From Thermoplasmatales archaeon (GTDB lineage Archaea > Thermoplasmatota > Penumbrarchaeia > Penumbrarchaeales > Penumbrarchaeaceae), in the NCBI GenBank assembly GCA_030595715.1, contig JAUVCN010000003.1, positions 1 through 32,000 on the forward strand: DNA of 32,000 nucleotides. Direction: 5' to 3'. The notes beneath the pieces were generated by a model. It made no database searches and was not told where the DNA came from. It saw only the letters and a program-made list of their open reading frames with translations. Every line of letters starts with the position of its first letter. Position 1 is the stretch's first letter. This document shows positions 23,129 to 32,000 of this stretch, in pieces. The translations under genes and the position numbers were made by a program.

Positions 23129-24955
23129 ATGATATCTATGACCGAGGATATTGAGCCAGAAAGGGATCTGTTCAGGATGATCTTTGAAAATGCAAACGAC
23201 GGCATTATCATCTTGAATGAAGAAGGAAAGATCGTGCTGGCCAATCAAAAAGCAATTTCATTTGCTCCAGATGGGATCATACGGGAAGGTATGAAACTTA
23301 TCGATCAGAAGATATTCAATGAAAAAACGATCAAGAACCTGGGACCGTTCTTCAAGAGTACCCTTGAAAAGGGTTCGAATGAAGAAGAGGTCAAGGTAGG
23401 TTTTGTAACCGGCGAGGAAAGGTGGTTCGGCCTCTCTTCATCGGTGATAAAGGAGAATGGCACTGGACCAAGAAGGGTCATCATGATCATTTCTGACATC
23501 TCGAAACAGAAAATATATGCTGAAATGCTAAGAGAGAACCAGATGAAATACAAAATGGTCATGGAGAACCTGCATGAAGGACTTGGAATGGTCGACCTGG
23601 ATGAAAACCTCATCTATGCCAATCCTGCTCTTTGCGAACTCCTGGGATACAGTAGAAGCGATCTGTTGAAGTTGAACATCGGTGATGTGGCCCATGATGA
23701 GGAGTTCAAGTTATCATCGCTGTTGAACGAAAAGGGAAGGAAAGGAACGTACGATACATATGAAATATTGGTTACCACTTCGAACGGGGTCAAGAAGTGG
23801 ATGCTTCTTTCAGCTGCACCATGGTTCAATGAAAATGGGGGCCATAAGGGATCCGTAGTTCTTTTTTTGGATATCATGGATAGAAAGACCAACGAAAAGG
23901 CCCTTATTGAAAATGAGGAAAAATATCGGGCAACTGTCGAACAATCCGCAGAGAACATCTACATCTATGATGTCAAGAAAGAAAGGGTCGTTGAATCCAA
24001 CAAAGCCCTCCAGAACCTGCTAGGGTACACTGCGAAGGAACTTGAAGGAAAGAAAGCCGCCGATTTTGTGGCCCATACATCCAAGGATATTGGAAACCGC
24101 ATCAATGAAGTGATCGGAAAAGGGCAGGCCATGATCGGCGAGAGAAGCTACATCAAGAAAAATGGAAACTATGTTGATGTGGAGGTCTCTGCCAGCCATT
24201 TGATACAGGGAAACAGGTCTATGCTCTGTGTAGTCTCCAGGGATATCACCGAAAGAAAGCGGTATCAGGCCCAATTGATCGAAGAGAAGAACAGAGCGGA
24301 ATTCTATCTGGACCTGCTTGCTCATGACATGGGAAACCTCCTTCATGGTATCCATAACGGGTTGGAAGTATTCGACATGGTCCGTGGAAACCGACCCAAA
24401 GAAAGAAACATCCTTAACCTGCTCCGATCCCTCACGGGAAGATCGATAAAATTGACCAGTGACGTGATCACTTTCTCCCGATCTAGGAACACGGAGATCG
24501 ACCTGAAGGAGATAGACCTTGGACCAATAATAACATCAGCAATAGAGGCAGCAGAAAGATCATTTCCTGACAGGTCGGTCAGTTTATCACTGGATCTGGA
24601 AGCTACGAATACAGTTTATGCAGATGAGTTCATTGAGAAAGTGTTCTTCAATCTATTCCATAATTCGATCAAAGCCCAGCAGAATGATAAGGTGATCATT
24701 GGACTGAAGACCTCAAAGCTGGAAAATGGGACATTGATCGAGATCTGGGACCATGGCGGAGGAATATCAGAGAATATGAAACCCATGCTCTTTGATCGCC
24801 TGGGCAATGTTGAGCTGAAACGCCACTCGGGGATGGGGATGGCCATTGTCCACATTACCATATCAAGATATAAAGCTACGATCGAGGTGGAGGACCTCGT
24901 CAAGGATGGCATGGTCATCGGATCATTGTTCAAGATATTACTCCCATACAAATAG
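23129..24955 (+). CDS. Multi-PAS sensor histidine kinase
   Basis: 608-aa ORF with three PAS-like blocks (FENANDGIIILNEEGKIV..., MENLHEGLGMVDLDENLIYANPA..., VEQSAENIYIYDV...). The H-box is LLAHDMGNLLHGI. The HATPase_c motifs are FNLFHNSIKA (N), IWDHGGGI (G1) and GMGMAIV (G2). It has no TM segment and no response regulator is present in the window. Confidence 0.9.
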   Translation: MISMTEDIEPERDLFRMIFENANDGIIILNEEGKIVLANQKAISFAPDGIIREGMKLIDQKIFNEKTIKNLGPFFKSTLEKGSNEEEVKVGFVTGEERWFGLSSSVIKENGTGPRRVIMIISDISKQKIYAEMLRENQMKYKMVMENLHEGLGMVDLDENLIYANPALCELLGYSRSDLLKLNIGDVAHDEEFKLSSLLNEKGRKGTYDTYEILVTTSNGVKKWMLLSAAPWFNENGGHKGSVVLFLDIMDRKTNEKALIENEEKYRATVEQSAENIYIYDVKKERVVESNKALQNLLGYTAKELEGKKAADFVAHTSKDIGNRINEVIGKGQAMIGERSYIKKNGNYVDVEVSASHLIQGNRSMLCVVSRDITERKRYQAQLIEEKNRAEFYLDLLAHDMGNLLHGIHNGLEVFDMVRGNRPKERNILNLLRSLTGRSIKLTSDVITFSRSRNTEIDLKEIDLGPIITSAIEAAERSFPDRSVSLSLDLEATNTVYADEFIEKVFFNLFHNSIKAQQNDKVIIGLKTSKLENGTLIEIWDHGGGISENMKPMLFDRLGNVELKRHSGMGMAIVHITISRYKATIEVEDLVKDGMVIGSLFKILLPYK

Positions 24956-25021
24956 TGATACTTCATCAAATACCCCTAAACCTTTTTACCGAACTAACGA
25001 TTATTCATTAGAGGTGATCTC

Positions 25022-26086
25022 ATGGCCGGATCGAAAAAAAGAAGAAAGGTTGATCTCGATGATGAGGTCAAGGTAAAAATCACCCATCCTATTCTTGTAA
25101 TGGCTGTTATTGCGGTTATTGTTATCATCGTTGTTGCGATGATCTATATGATAATTGGAAGCGGGGGGATCTCGTCCATTGTTGTAGGTAATGTGAACAA
25201 GGATATGGATGGGATATCCTTTCCGATCTATACATCCAAAGACGGATTTGGAGAATTCAATGGTGAAATCAAGATCCAAATATTCTACGAGGAGATGAAA
25301 GGACCGATCTATGAAAAGATGATCCCGACCAAGGGTGGGAGTGGGGACCATCGAGTGCATTACGATGAGTTCGTATGGGGAAATGGAAATTACAGCATCG
25401 TGGCATCGGCGAATGGGAAGAGCGATCATTATCCCATATCGATCCATTCGGTGGCAGATAGGATCTTGGTCGAATGGAAAGGTGAGAACTTTGATGAGGA
25501 CAAGATGGAGCCGGATTACAAGGTCGAGGTATCAATGGGATACCAGTTTGGAACAAGGCCCTCCCCTTACCATGACGATCCTCAGTGGTATTCCTTCTTG
25601 GGTAAGATGACAACTCCGGACGGCCGAGAATTGGAGATGGATTCAGACGATTATCCCTCCAATCTTCTTTGGATCAGTATGTCCACCGATCACACCAAAG
25701 CTGGAACATATTCATTGACCGGGGCGGTGACAAATACGTTCTGTCATCCCAATTCACCATATAGGCATGTCTATATCGAAGAAGATCGTAAGTTCAAATT
25801 CGATGCCGATCCGTTTGCAGTATTGGGTGATGATGTGACCATATCCCTCGTCGATGGTGAAGCCACAGTGTTACTGGATGCTTCCGGTTCATGGGATGAC
25901 TCACATATCATCAAATACACATGGCAATTTGATGAGGGGTGGAACAAAACCACATCCTTACCTACACTTGCACATACGTTCTCAAAGACAGGGACATATT
26001 TTATCTCACTCTCCTTGGAAGATGACAGTGGTAACTATTCCGATCAGAATGGTGATCTTTCATCATTGACCGTCAAAGTTGAATGA
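25022..26086 (+). CDS. Membrane-anchored extracellular protein with C-terminal PKD domain
   Basis: 354-aa ORF. A strong SD (GAGGTGATC) ends 2 nt before the ATG. The N-terminal TM helix is ILVMAVIAVIVIIVVAMIYMII. The PKD signature is LLDASGSWDDSHIIKYTWQFDEGWN...HTFSKTGTYFISLSLEDDSGN. Confidence 0.8.
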   Translation: MAGSKKRRKVDLDDEVKVKITHPILVMAVIAVIVIIVVAMIYMIIGSGGISSIVVGNVNKDMDGISFPIYTSKDGFGEFNGEIKIQIFYEEMKGPIYEKMIPTKGGSGDHRVHYDEFVWGNGNYSIVASANGKSDHYPISIHSVADRILVEWKGENFDEDKMEPDYKVEVSMGYQFGTRPSPYHDDPQWYSFLGKMTTPDGRELEMDSDDYPSNLLWISMSTDHTKAGTYSLTGAVTNTFCHPNSPYRHVYIEEDRKFKFDADPFAVLGDDVTISLVDGEATVLLDASGSWDDSHIIKYTWQFDEGWNKTTSLPTLAHTFSKTGTYFISLSLEDDSGNYSDQNGDLSSLTVKVE

Positions 26087-27256
26087 TCAACTCATGATCC
26101 ATTCGTCCAATCTTTCGAGTGCAATTACAATTTCATCGAAATTTACATTTCCATAAGCTATCCTGAGACCGGGCGGATCATCGGCTCCGAATGATCTCCC
26201 GGGAACCAGCAGTACCGCAGTTTCCTCCAATATCCTCACGGAAAGGTCCATTGAATTGGACCCGACAGCGATCTCGGACGAGATCGCCGGAAATGAATAG
26301 AAAGCACCGGTGGGTCTTGGTGCTGTTATACGGTCTACATGCGAATCCAACCATCCTATCACCTTCCTTCGTATTCGATCCAACTCGGGTATGTAATTCT
26401 TCGTATGGTCCATATGATCACGTATACAGTGATAAGCCAACCTCTGACCTATCCTGGAGGGACATATGACAGTAGTATCCTGGACCTTGAGTATCGGGGC
26501 ATGAAGTGCATTTGGGTAGGCCATGTACCCCTGCCTCCATCCTGACATTCCATGGCTCTTGGAAAATGAGAACAGAGAGATGACCGGAAGGTCCTCTTCG
26601 AGGGAAGCAGGAGATACATGGTTGCTTTCATAACAGAATTCCTCATATGTCTCATCGGATATCAACCAGAGTTCATGATCCAAACAGATCTCCAGGAGAC
26701 ACTGTACCATCTTCTTGGAGGCCACTTCACCAGTTGGATTGTTGGGGGAAACAAGAACGATCGCCCTCGTCCTCTCTGTAATCCTTTCGATTATCATCTC
26801 ATTCAACGTTTGGTCCGGTCCTTCAAAAGGTACATGAACATGACCCACACCAAGGATATCCAAGGTCATTCCATGATTGAAGTAGTATGGATCGAGCAAG
26901 ATCACATTATCTCCCACATCACATATGGCGGATATCGCATTCAGGAATGCAATATTTGCGCCAGCTGTCACCATAACGTTATCGGCGGCAAGGCCGGGTA
27001 TTCCATTTCTCTTGGACAGTTTCTCAACTATCTCCATCCTCAGGTCCGGATCACCGGCATCCGGACCGTATCTGTTCAAAGAACCGGATTCTGAGATCGC
27101 CATATCAACTGCTTCCCTGGGAGGTCCAAAGAAAGGGATGCCCTGGGATAGGTCGATCGTCCCCTCCGGTCTGTTCAATGACCCCATTACCTGCATTATC
27201 GGCATTTCCGTTTCCACGGCCCTTCGTGAGATCCGGGGTAAATGTCTCTTTCTCAT
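26087..27256 (-). CDS. Class I/II PLP-dependent aminotransferase (aspartate/aromatic aminotransferase-like)
   Basis: 389-aa ORF with LVSPNNPTGEV, the PLP-lysine motif SFSKSHGMSGWRQGY, and C-terminal PGRSFG...LRIAY. Its start overlaps the stop of the upstream methyltransferase by 4 nt. A later start (MPIMQVMG) is possible. Confidence 0.85.
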   Translation of the reverse strand: MRKRHLPRISRRAVETEMPIMQVMGSLNRPEGTIDLSQGIPFFGPPREAVDMAISESGSLNRYGPDAGDPDLRMEIVEKLSKRNGIPGLAADNVMVTAGANIAFLNAISAICDVGDNVILLDPYYFNHGMTLDILGVGHVHVPFEGPDQTLNEMIIERITERTRAIVLVSPNNPTGEVASKKMVQCLLEICLDHELWLISDETYEEFCYESNHVSPASLEEDLPVISLFSFSKSHGMSGWRQGYMAYPNALHAPILKVQDTTVICPSRIGQRLAYHCIRDHMDHTKNYIPELDRIRRKVIGWLDSHVDRITAPRPTGAFYSFPAISSEIAVGSNSMDLSVRILEETAVLLVPGRSFGADDPPGLRIAYGNVNFDEIVIALERLDEWIMS

Positions 27257-28479
27257 CGGGAATGCCTTCTCTTTTCAACCTTTGAGGTGAGAATATGATC
27301 CTCACCTTTGAAAAGCTGTGTCTTGATCGTTCCGGAAAGATCCTTCTCCAGGCCGTTCCTTACATTCCAGTACTCGGAAGGTTCCACTGGAAACCTAAGG
27401 GTCACCGATCGTGCTTCCACATCTTCAAGCAATCTCTTGACTCCCGATAGGTCCTTCGATCGGCCCAATATCTTGAATGATTCTTTTATGAAAGGAGATG
27501 AGATCGGAGCAGTGGAAAGAAGCATGGTCCTTCTCTTATCCATATCCATCCTTTCTATCTTTCCATCAAGATCGGTGATCAGCAGCTCTATCAGGCCGGC
27601 CTTCACCAGGCTTGGATCGACCTCGTTCATGAACCGTAGATCGCCCCTATCCTCGATCTCTTGAAGCCGGCCCATGGGAGAACCTGCGATCCTATCACCT
27701 TCCGGAAGGATCACAGCAGACCTGTCATCCTTTTTCAGATCTCCCAGATACAGGTTCAATCTGTTTATCCTTCCATCGATCGAAACATATTCTGCTTCAC
27801 AATCGAATGGTACCTTGTCAAGAGATAGATATGGTGGGACCTCGAAACAGAATCCCTCGACCTTTGATCGATATCTATCTTCGATCTTTCTGGGATCGGG
27901 TAATAGCTCATCCATGCTTCTCTCAACAGCCCCCGGAGGTCTGGCAGGATCACTGAAGACCGCACACCCCTTTTCGGCGCGGGACAATGCTTTATCGGAA
28001 AGACTATCCATATTGAGAATCTCTACATTGTCAATATCCAAGGAGATCGCGTTCATCCTTGTCAAGAGACAGTTCAATGGATCGATGTCGAAGGCGATGA
28101 CCCGATCACAGGTCCTTGCTAGTGAAAGGACCTGGCCGCCCTGGCCGCAGGTCAGATCCATTACAAGGTCCCGTTCCAATCTATCGGCACAGTGGTCTGC
28201 TGCGAATTGGGGTGTGGCCCATCGTAAGCCTTCTGAAGTGAAGAATGGAGATCTTAGGCCGGGAAACTTCGAACTGGCCTTCTTCCGGGTCATGCAGATA
28301 TCAATGATCATGTCGGCTCCTTCTGGACCGATCCTCTTCTCTTCAATACCTTTCCTGATCTCATCCATACCCGTCCCATCGCCCATTGAGACACTTGTAC
28401 GATCGATCAGGTCCATCAGGTCCTCAACAGGGATCCTTTTAAAGACCAAAGACGCTCCATCATCAATACCGATGCTCAT
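27253..28479 (-). CDS. Class I SAM-dependent methyltransferase (probable RNA methyltransferase with a THUMP-like C-terminal region)
   Basis: The ORF is open to 28572. The likely start is MSIGIDDG at 28479, which leaves about 120 nt for the divergent promoter. Motif I is VMDLTCGQGGQVLSLA, the motif II acidic end is VIAFDIDP, and then NMDSL follows. The family assignment beyond SAM-MTase comes from memory of similar ~400-aa proteins. Confidence 0.75.
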   Translation of the reverse strand: MSIGIDDGASLVFKRIPVEDLMDLIDRTSVSMGDGTGMDEIRKGIEEKRIGPEGADMIIDICMTRKKASSKFPGLRSPFFTSEGLRWATPQFAADHCADRLERDLVMDLTCGQGGQVLSLARTCDRVIAFDIDPLNCLLTRMNAISLDIDNVEILNMDSLSDKALSRAEKGCAVFSDPARPPGAVERSMDELLPDPRKIEDRYRSKVEGFCFEVPPYLSLDKVPFDCEAEYVSIDGRINRLNLYLGDLKKDDRSAVILPEGDRIAGSPMGRLQEIEDRGDLRFMNEVDPSLVKAGLIELLITDLDGKIERMDMDKRRTMLLSTAPISSPFIKESFKILGRSKDLSGVKRLLEDVEARSVTLRFPVEPSEYWNVRNGLEKDLSGTIKTQLFKGEDHILTSKVEKRRHSR

Positions 28480-28518
28480 ATCACTACCTCGATGCTCAAT
28501 ATACCAGACTGTAATAAA

Positions 28519-28528
28519 CTTTTTAAAT
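28519..28528. promoter_or_regulatory. TATA-box-like element CTTTTTAAAT in the divergent intergenic region between the methyltransferase and rpl18e
   Basis: This is the only strongly AT-rich TATA-like motif in 28480..28598. It lies about 70 nt upstream of the rpl18e ATG and about 45 nt upstream of the 28479 ATG on the other strand. Its near-symmetry could serve both directions. Position-based guess only. Confidence 0.3.
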
Positions 28529-28598
28529 GATGTGTCCGTAGTGGGGCTTCCTTCCGCAAGGGAGAAAGACATTTGAACACGATGTCGGAGGAGTCAGA

Positions 28599-28961
28599 AT
28601 GACAAGCCCAAATAAAACCGACCCGGGGCTTGTATCCCTGATCATGGACCTAAAAACATGGTCGAGGGAGAACAAGGCCCCGATCTGGCGAGACATCGCG
28701 AAGCGCCTGGAAAAACCTTCCAGGGTATGGGCGGAGGTAAACATCTCCCGTATCACCTACCACGTGAAGAAGGGTGAAACGCTCATAATCCCCGGAAAGC
28801 TCCTTGGTGCTGGCGATATCGATTATCCAGTTACAGTGGCCACTTTCAAGGCCACCGATGGAGCGAGAACAAAGATCACCGAAGCCGGCGGAACCGTCAT
28901 TACCATTCCCGAACTGGTCAAGAAGCACCCGAAGGGGAATGGAGTAAGGATCATCGGGTGA
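28599..28961 (+). CDS. rpl18e: Ribosomal protein L18e
   Basis: 120 aa. The sequence TDPGLVSLIMDLKTWSRENKAPIWRDIAKRLEKPSR...ETLIIPGKLLGAGDIDYPVTVA..FKATDGARTKITEAGG is typical L18e. A GGAGGAG SD lies upstream. It is followed by rpl13 and rps9, as in archaeal operons. Confidence 0.9.
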   Translation: MTSPNKTDPGLVSLIMDLKTWSRENKAPIWRDIAKRLEKPSRVWAEVNISRITYHVKKGETLIIPGKLLGAGDIDYPVTVATFKATDGARTKITEAGGTVITIPELVKKHPKGNGVRIIG

Positions 28962-28966
28962 GATAA

Positions 28967-29389
28967 ATGGTCGAAATAATTGATGCGACCGGTCTTATCA
29001 TCGGAAGGCTTTCCACACACGTTGCAAAGAGCCTTCTGAATGACAAAGAGCTCGAGATCGCAATAATAAATTCCGAGAAGGCCATCGTTTCCGGAAACAG
29101 GAAAATGGTCCTGAACAGATACAAGGATAAAAGGGCCCTGAACCATCCAAGGAAGGGACCATATTTCCCCAGGTTCCCTGACAGGATCCTGAAGAGGACC
29201 ATCAGGGGAATGCTCCCTTACCAGCAAGATAAGGGAAGGACCGCCCTTAAAAGGGTCAAGGTCTACATGGGCATCCCAAAGGAATTCGAAGGAAAGAAGA
29301 CAAAGACCGTTGAATCCGCAGTGAACAAGGATCTCGAACAATACGTTGAGCTCGCGGAGATCGCAAAGGTTCTGGGAGCGAACCTATAA
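28967..29389 (+). CDS. rpl13: Ribosomal protein L13 (uL13)
   Basis: 140 aa. The sequence IIDATGLIIGRLSTHVAKSLLN...RTIRGMLP...GRTALKRVKVYMGIP is typical. A GGTGA SD lies 6 nt upstream. Confidence 0.9.
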   Translation: MVEIIDATGLIIGRLSTHVAKSLLNDKELEIAIINSEKAIVSGNRKMVLNRYKDKRALNHPRKGPYFPRFPDRILKRTIRGMLPYQQDKGRTALKRVKVYMGIPKEFEGKKTKTVESAVNKDLEQYVELAEIAKVLGANL

Positions 29390-29401
29390 GGAGGTATGAG
29401 A

Positions 29402-29803
29402 ATGGGAAAGTTAGTTAACACAAGTGGAAAAAGAAAGTCTGCCATTGCCAGAGCAGTCGTTAGGTCAGGCAAGGGCAGGGTAAGGGTAAACCACAAGCCC
29501 ATTGAGCTCGTCGAGCCAGAGATCGCAAGGCTCAAGATGATGGAGCCGCTCATACTTGCCAGGGAGAGATCCCAGACAGTTGATATCAACATCAATGTCG
29601 AAGGTGGTGGCTTCATGGGCCAAGCAGACTCCGTCAGGGTCGCAATTGCCAGAGGTCTTGTGGAATTCTTCAGTGACGATGAACTGAAAGAGCGCTATCT
29701 GCATTATGACAGGGCTCTTCTCGTCAACGATCCAAGAAGGCATCTACCGAAAAAACCACTCGGTCGTGGTGCAAGAAAGAAGAGACAGAAGTCATATCGT
29801 TGA
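29402..29803 (+). CDS. rps9: Ribosomal protein S9 (uS9)
   Basis: The ORF is open from 29396, but the GGAGGT SD (29390..29395) is correctly spaced for the ATG at 29402. The sequence is [22 protein letters not shown]...[19 protein letters not shown]...[10 protein letters not shown] (canonical S9 C-terminus). Confidence 0.9.
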   Translation: MGKLVNTSGKRKSAIARAVVRSGKGRVRVNHKPIELVEPEIARLKMMEPLILARERSQTVDININVEGGGFMGQADSVRVAIARGLVEFFSDDELKERYLHYDRALLVNDPRRHLPKKPLGRGARKKRQKSYR

Positions 29804-29822
29804 TCTTTTGTGTCCATAATAT

Positions 29823-29855
29823 GGGCTCCCTGATAGGGAGCCCCGTTCTTTTTTT
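29823..29855 (+). terminator. Hairpin plus T-tract terminator after the rps9 operon
   Basis: GGGCTCCCT-gat-AGGGAGCCC is a 9-bp perfect stem. It is followed by CGTTCTTTTTTT. Oligo-T tracts are the archaeal termination signal. Confidence 0.6.
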
Positions 29856-29967
29856 CCTGGTCAGAGTTTTACTGAGGGACCAAAAATATTAAGAGGAATG
29901 TACCTAAAGTACAGTAATGGCAGTGTGCCCCATTAACAACCCATGACAGTGTCAGGGGGGCAGTTCA

Positions 29968-30726
29968 ATGAAAAGAAGGGACAAGAAAAAGATCATGATC
30001 ATTGGAGGTGCCGTATCATTGGTCCTTCTGATAACCATGGCATCGGTCGCTATCTTCAGCGGGAAGTCCGAGCTCGAAGAGGAGAAGATCCCGGGATTGG
30101 AGGAATTCGGAGAAGATTTCTTCGATCTGAGCGTCGTTAACGTAATGGTCGAAGATGAGCAAACTTTGTACTGGGACATTTCAGTTCCATCCAACAGCAC
30201 GGATATTATCGTCATTACGGGAGTTCAGATCCTGATGACCTGGAGTGATGATGAGAATCCCCCCGCATTCAGACCGACGTATGCCAATACCCCTGATACA
30301 TTCATCTTATCGGTTGAAGGAATACCACTTCTCGGCAACGGAGGCGGAGGAGAAGGTGACAATTCTACAAACGTTACCACAACAGGTGTCATCAGGATCG
30401 CTTCCATTTCCAACATGGGCAATACCAGGGTCAACCTGGATGCCCTTAATAATCCGATCCTCCTGAAAACTACAGGAAATGGATCGAGCAACACCACAGC
30501 TCAATCGGAATGGGAAGAAGGGGCATCCGAACCAGGAGATACTGGACTCTTCATCAATGTAACCTGCATTGCCGGAGACATTGTTTCGAACCGACCTGCT
30601 CTTCTGATGTATACTGACAATGGAGATGAGGTGACAATGACCATAAAGGTATTCTACAAATCCATTCCACAGGAAGTTCTTGATAATTGGATAGAACTGA
30701 ATTCCAGGGCAGAAACAGGTGGATAA
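29968..30726 (+). CDS. Hypothetical secreted/membrane-anchored protein
   Basis: 252-aa ORF. The N-terminus is basic followed by a TM helix (MKRRDKKKIMIIGGAVSLVLLITMASVAIF). It is acidic and carries several N-x-S/T sequons. No family recognised. Confidence 0.65.
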   Translation: MKRRDKKKIMIIGGAVSLVLLITMASVAIFSGKSELEEEKIPGLEEFGEDFFDLSVVNVMVEDEQTLYWDISVPSNSTDIIVITGVQILMTWSDDENPPAFRPTYANTPDTFILSVEGIPLLGNGGGGEGDNSTNVTTTGVIRIASISNMGNTRVNLDALNNPILLKTTGNGSSNTTAQSEWEEGASEPGDTGLFINVTCIAGDIVSNRPALLMYTDNGDEVTMTIKVFYKSIPQEVLDNWIELNSRAETGG

Positions 30727-30730
30727 GTAG

Positions 30731-31081
30731 ATGATGGTCAAAAATGCAGATCAGATAGATACGGCAGAGGTCCAGATGGATGGTGTCAAGGGGACATCTA
30801 TCCAGTGGCTGGCATCCAAAACGGATGGAGCCCCGAACTTTGCCATGAGAAGGTTCAAGGTAATCCCTGGAGGGAAGATAGATCTGCATCAACATCCCTG
30901 GGAGCATGAGATATATATCCTGTCAGGCAAAGGTATTGCCTATAATGATAAAGAAAAAAGGGATATCGGAACAGGTGATGTTCTATTTATTCCAGTTGAT
31001 GAACCCCATGGCTATGACAATACGGGCGATGATGACCTCATATTCATCTGCATGGTCCCGAACTCCGGAGATCCCAGGTAA
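30731..31081 (+). CDS. Cupin domain protein
   Basis: 116 aa with both cupin motifs: GKIDLHQHPWEHEIYILSG and GDVLFIPVDEPHGYDN. Confidence 0.8.
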   Translation: MMVKNADQIDTAEVQMDGVKGTSIQWLASKTDGAPNFAMRRFKVIPGGKIDLHQHPWEHEIYILSGKGIAYNDKEKRDIGTGDVLFIPVDEPHGYDNTGDDDLIFICMVPNSGDPR

Positions 31082-31146
31082 GATTGTTTTCCGTTCGAGC
31101 AAAAGGTATTAAGAGTTGTGTGTTTGATTAGGAGTCGATAGGTGGA

Positions 31147-31575
31147 ATGCTGGTGGTTGTATTTGCAGATACCATACATTTTATAACGAACGGCGAAGGA
31201 GAGATCCCCAATATCACAGATCGGATCGAGGACATCGTTTCTCGATCGAAGATAACCACCGGGATCGTCAGTTGTTCCGTGGCGGGAGCAACTGCCGCCT
31301 TGACCGTGATAGAATACGAACCCGGGTTATTGGAAGATTTTCCTGCAATGCTCGAGAGAGTCGCACCAAAGGAAATCGAGTATGCCCATCACAGGACCTG
31401 GAACGATGGGAATGGCCATTCCCATGTCAGGGCCTCACTGATCGGACCTGATGTCACAATGCCCATAAGAAAAGGAAAGATGGTGCGTGGGACCTGGCAA
31501 CAGATCATCTTCCTTGAATTGGACGCAAGAGAAGAAAGGGATAGGGTTGTCCATGTCACTGTTATCGGAGAATGA
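31147..31575 (+). CDS. YjbQ/UPF0047 family protein (secondary thiamine-phosphate synthase-like)
   Basis: 142 aa with IPNITDRIEDIV...TGIVSCSVAGATAALTVIEYEPGLLEDF...GNGHSHVRASLIGPDVTMPIRKGKMVRGTWQQIIFLELD, the characteristic YjbQ pattern. Confidence 0.8.
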   Translation: MLVVVFADTIHFITNGEGEIPNITDRIEDIVSRSKITTGIVSCSVAGATAALTVIEYEPGLLEDFPAMLERVAPKEIEYAHHRTWNDGNGHSHVRASLIGPDVTMPIRKGKMVRGTWQQIIFLELDAREERDRVVHVTVIGE

Positions 31576-31917
31576 TGTCCCCGGAAACTAACGAACCTGA
31601 TCATTGACGGGCGGTATACCCACTCCAGGTTCTGACCCGTTCCCGGGGGATCTGTACGATGCCTGGGTTGGCCTTCACATCATTCCTTGACGTCACGTCT
31701 GAGCGGTCAGTGAGGGACCCTTAAAGACACCAATGTTGTTCATTTGTTGCCTCAACATTGCCAAGGCGGATCACTGATCACCGCCGTCTTCGAAGCTTGA
31801 GGCAGATATGGATTGGAAAGCAACCTATTTATCCATATCGCACACAGAAACACATGTGACAACCCTGGAATGTGCTCTATCCACTGGTAAATGTAATATA
31901 ATCGATTCCAATAAGGG

Positions 31918-32000
31918 ATGGGAACACACATGACCAATCCACTAGAACCCATCGGAAAGGCCTGGAAGGGCTTCTGGCAGAAGAACAAGCGTGGCAAGCT
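31918..32000 (+). CDS. Possible 5' end of a CDS continuing beyond the right window edge
   Basis: The open frame runs from the ATG at 31918 (or 31930): MGTHMTNPLEPIGKAWKGFWQKNKRGK..., with an in-frame stop just upstream (31912). It is too short to identify. Confidence 0.25.
   Translation, partial: MGTHMTNPLEPIGKAWKGFWQKNKRGK

Noticed and set aside
25001-25447. 148-aa minus-strand ORF
   Set aside because: It is antisense to the 5' part of the PKD-domain gene, which has a perfect GAGGTGATC SD and a clear TM helix. The antisense translation contains an Asn/Asp low-complexity run derived from the complement of the hydrophobic helix codons.
27674-28576. 300-aa plus-strand ORF
   Set aside because: It is the antisense shadow of the SAM-methyltransferase gene. 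Its translation is Ser/Arg/Ile-rich low complexity. The minus frame carries clear methyltransferase motifs (VMDLTCGQGG, AFDIDP).
28823-29341. 172-aa minus-strand ORF
   Set aside because: It is antisense to rpl18e and rpl13, which are unambiguous ribosomal protein genes with SD sites.
31576-31917. Possible structured ncRNA (GC-rich stems such as GCCTCAA...TTGAGGC around 31750..31805, TGACGTCA palindrome)
   Set aside because: I could not fold it into any known RNA family (tRNA, SRP RNA, RNase P RNA) by eye. The 81-aa minus ORF here (31752..31997) also looks non-coding. I leave this region unassigned.
1-32000. Search for integrase, transposase, CRISPR/cas, toxin-antitoxin or restriction-modification genes that would mark a mobile island or classical defence locus
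   Set aside because: None of the ORFs at or above 60 aa shows recombinase (R..HxxR..Y), DDE, Cas or TA signatures on reading the translations. The only mobility signal is the set of tRNA-Trp 3' end fragments at 8572..8959.

Overview
This is an archaeal chromosomal fragment. The evidence is the archaea/eukaryote-specific ribosomal protein genes L18e and L41e, an L18e-L13-S9 operon with Shine-Dalgarno sites matching the GGAGGTGATC anti-SD, and an intron-containing tRNA-Trp whose intron carries box C/D-type guides. The lineage cannot be fixed from sequence alone. The acidic, sequon-rich surface proteins and a gingipain-like peptidase suggest a Thermoplasmatota-like sediment or marine archaeon, but this is a low-confidence inference. 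About half of the window (1..7926 and 9996..20959, all on the minus strand) encodes five very large membrane-anchored surface proteins. These include Ig/PKD-like repeat proteins, a C25 peptidase-like protein and an FG-GAP + PA14 protein. The rest is housekeeping: metallophosphoesterase, 2-hydroxyacid dehydrogenase, PAS histidine kinase, aminotransferase, SAM methyltransferase, cupin, YjbQ, and tRNA-Arg / rpl41e / tRNA-Trp. The stand-out is gene 16262..20803. It encodes about 1,300 aa of tandem-repeat ectodomain, one TM helix, and a cytoplasmic TIR domain that keeps the catalytic-Glu context. Twenty-three nt downstream on the same strand lies a 2-TM, double-Rossmann (TrkA-N/RCK-like) protein with C-terminal RyR (ryanodine-receptor) repeats. 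I propose this pair as a candidate, apparently undescribed, transmembrane TIR signalling or defence module. The second point of interest is the ORF-free 400 bp after tRNA-Trp. It holds direct and inverted copies of the tRNA 3' end interleaved with perfect inverted repeats that all have 22-23 nt spacers, which looks like scars of site-specific recombination. I found no CRISPR array, rRNA, integrase or transposase.
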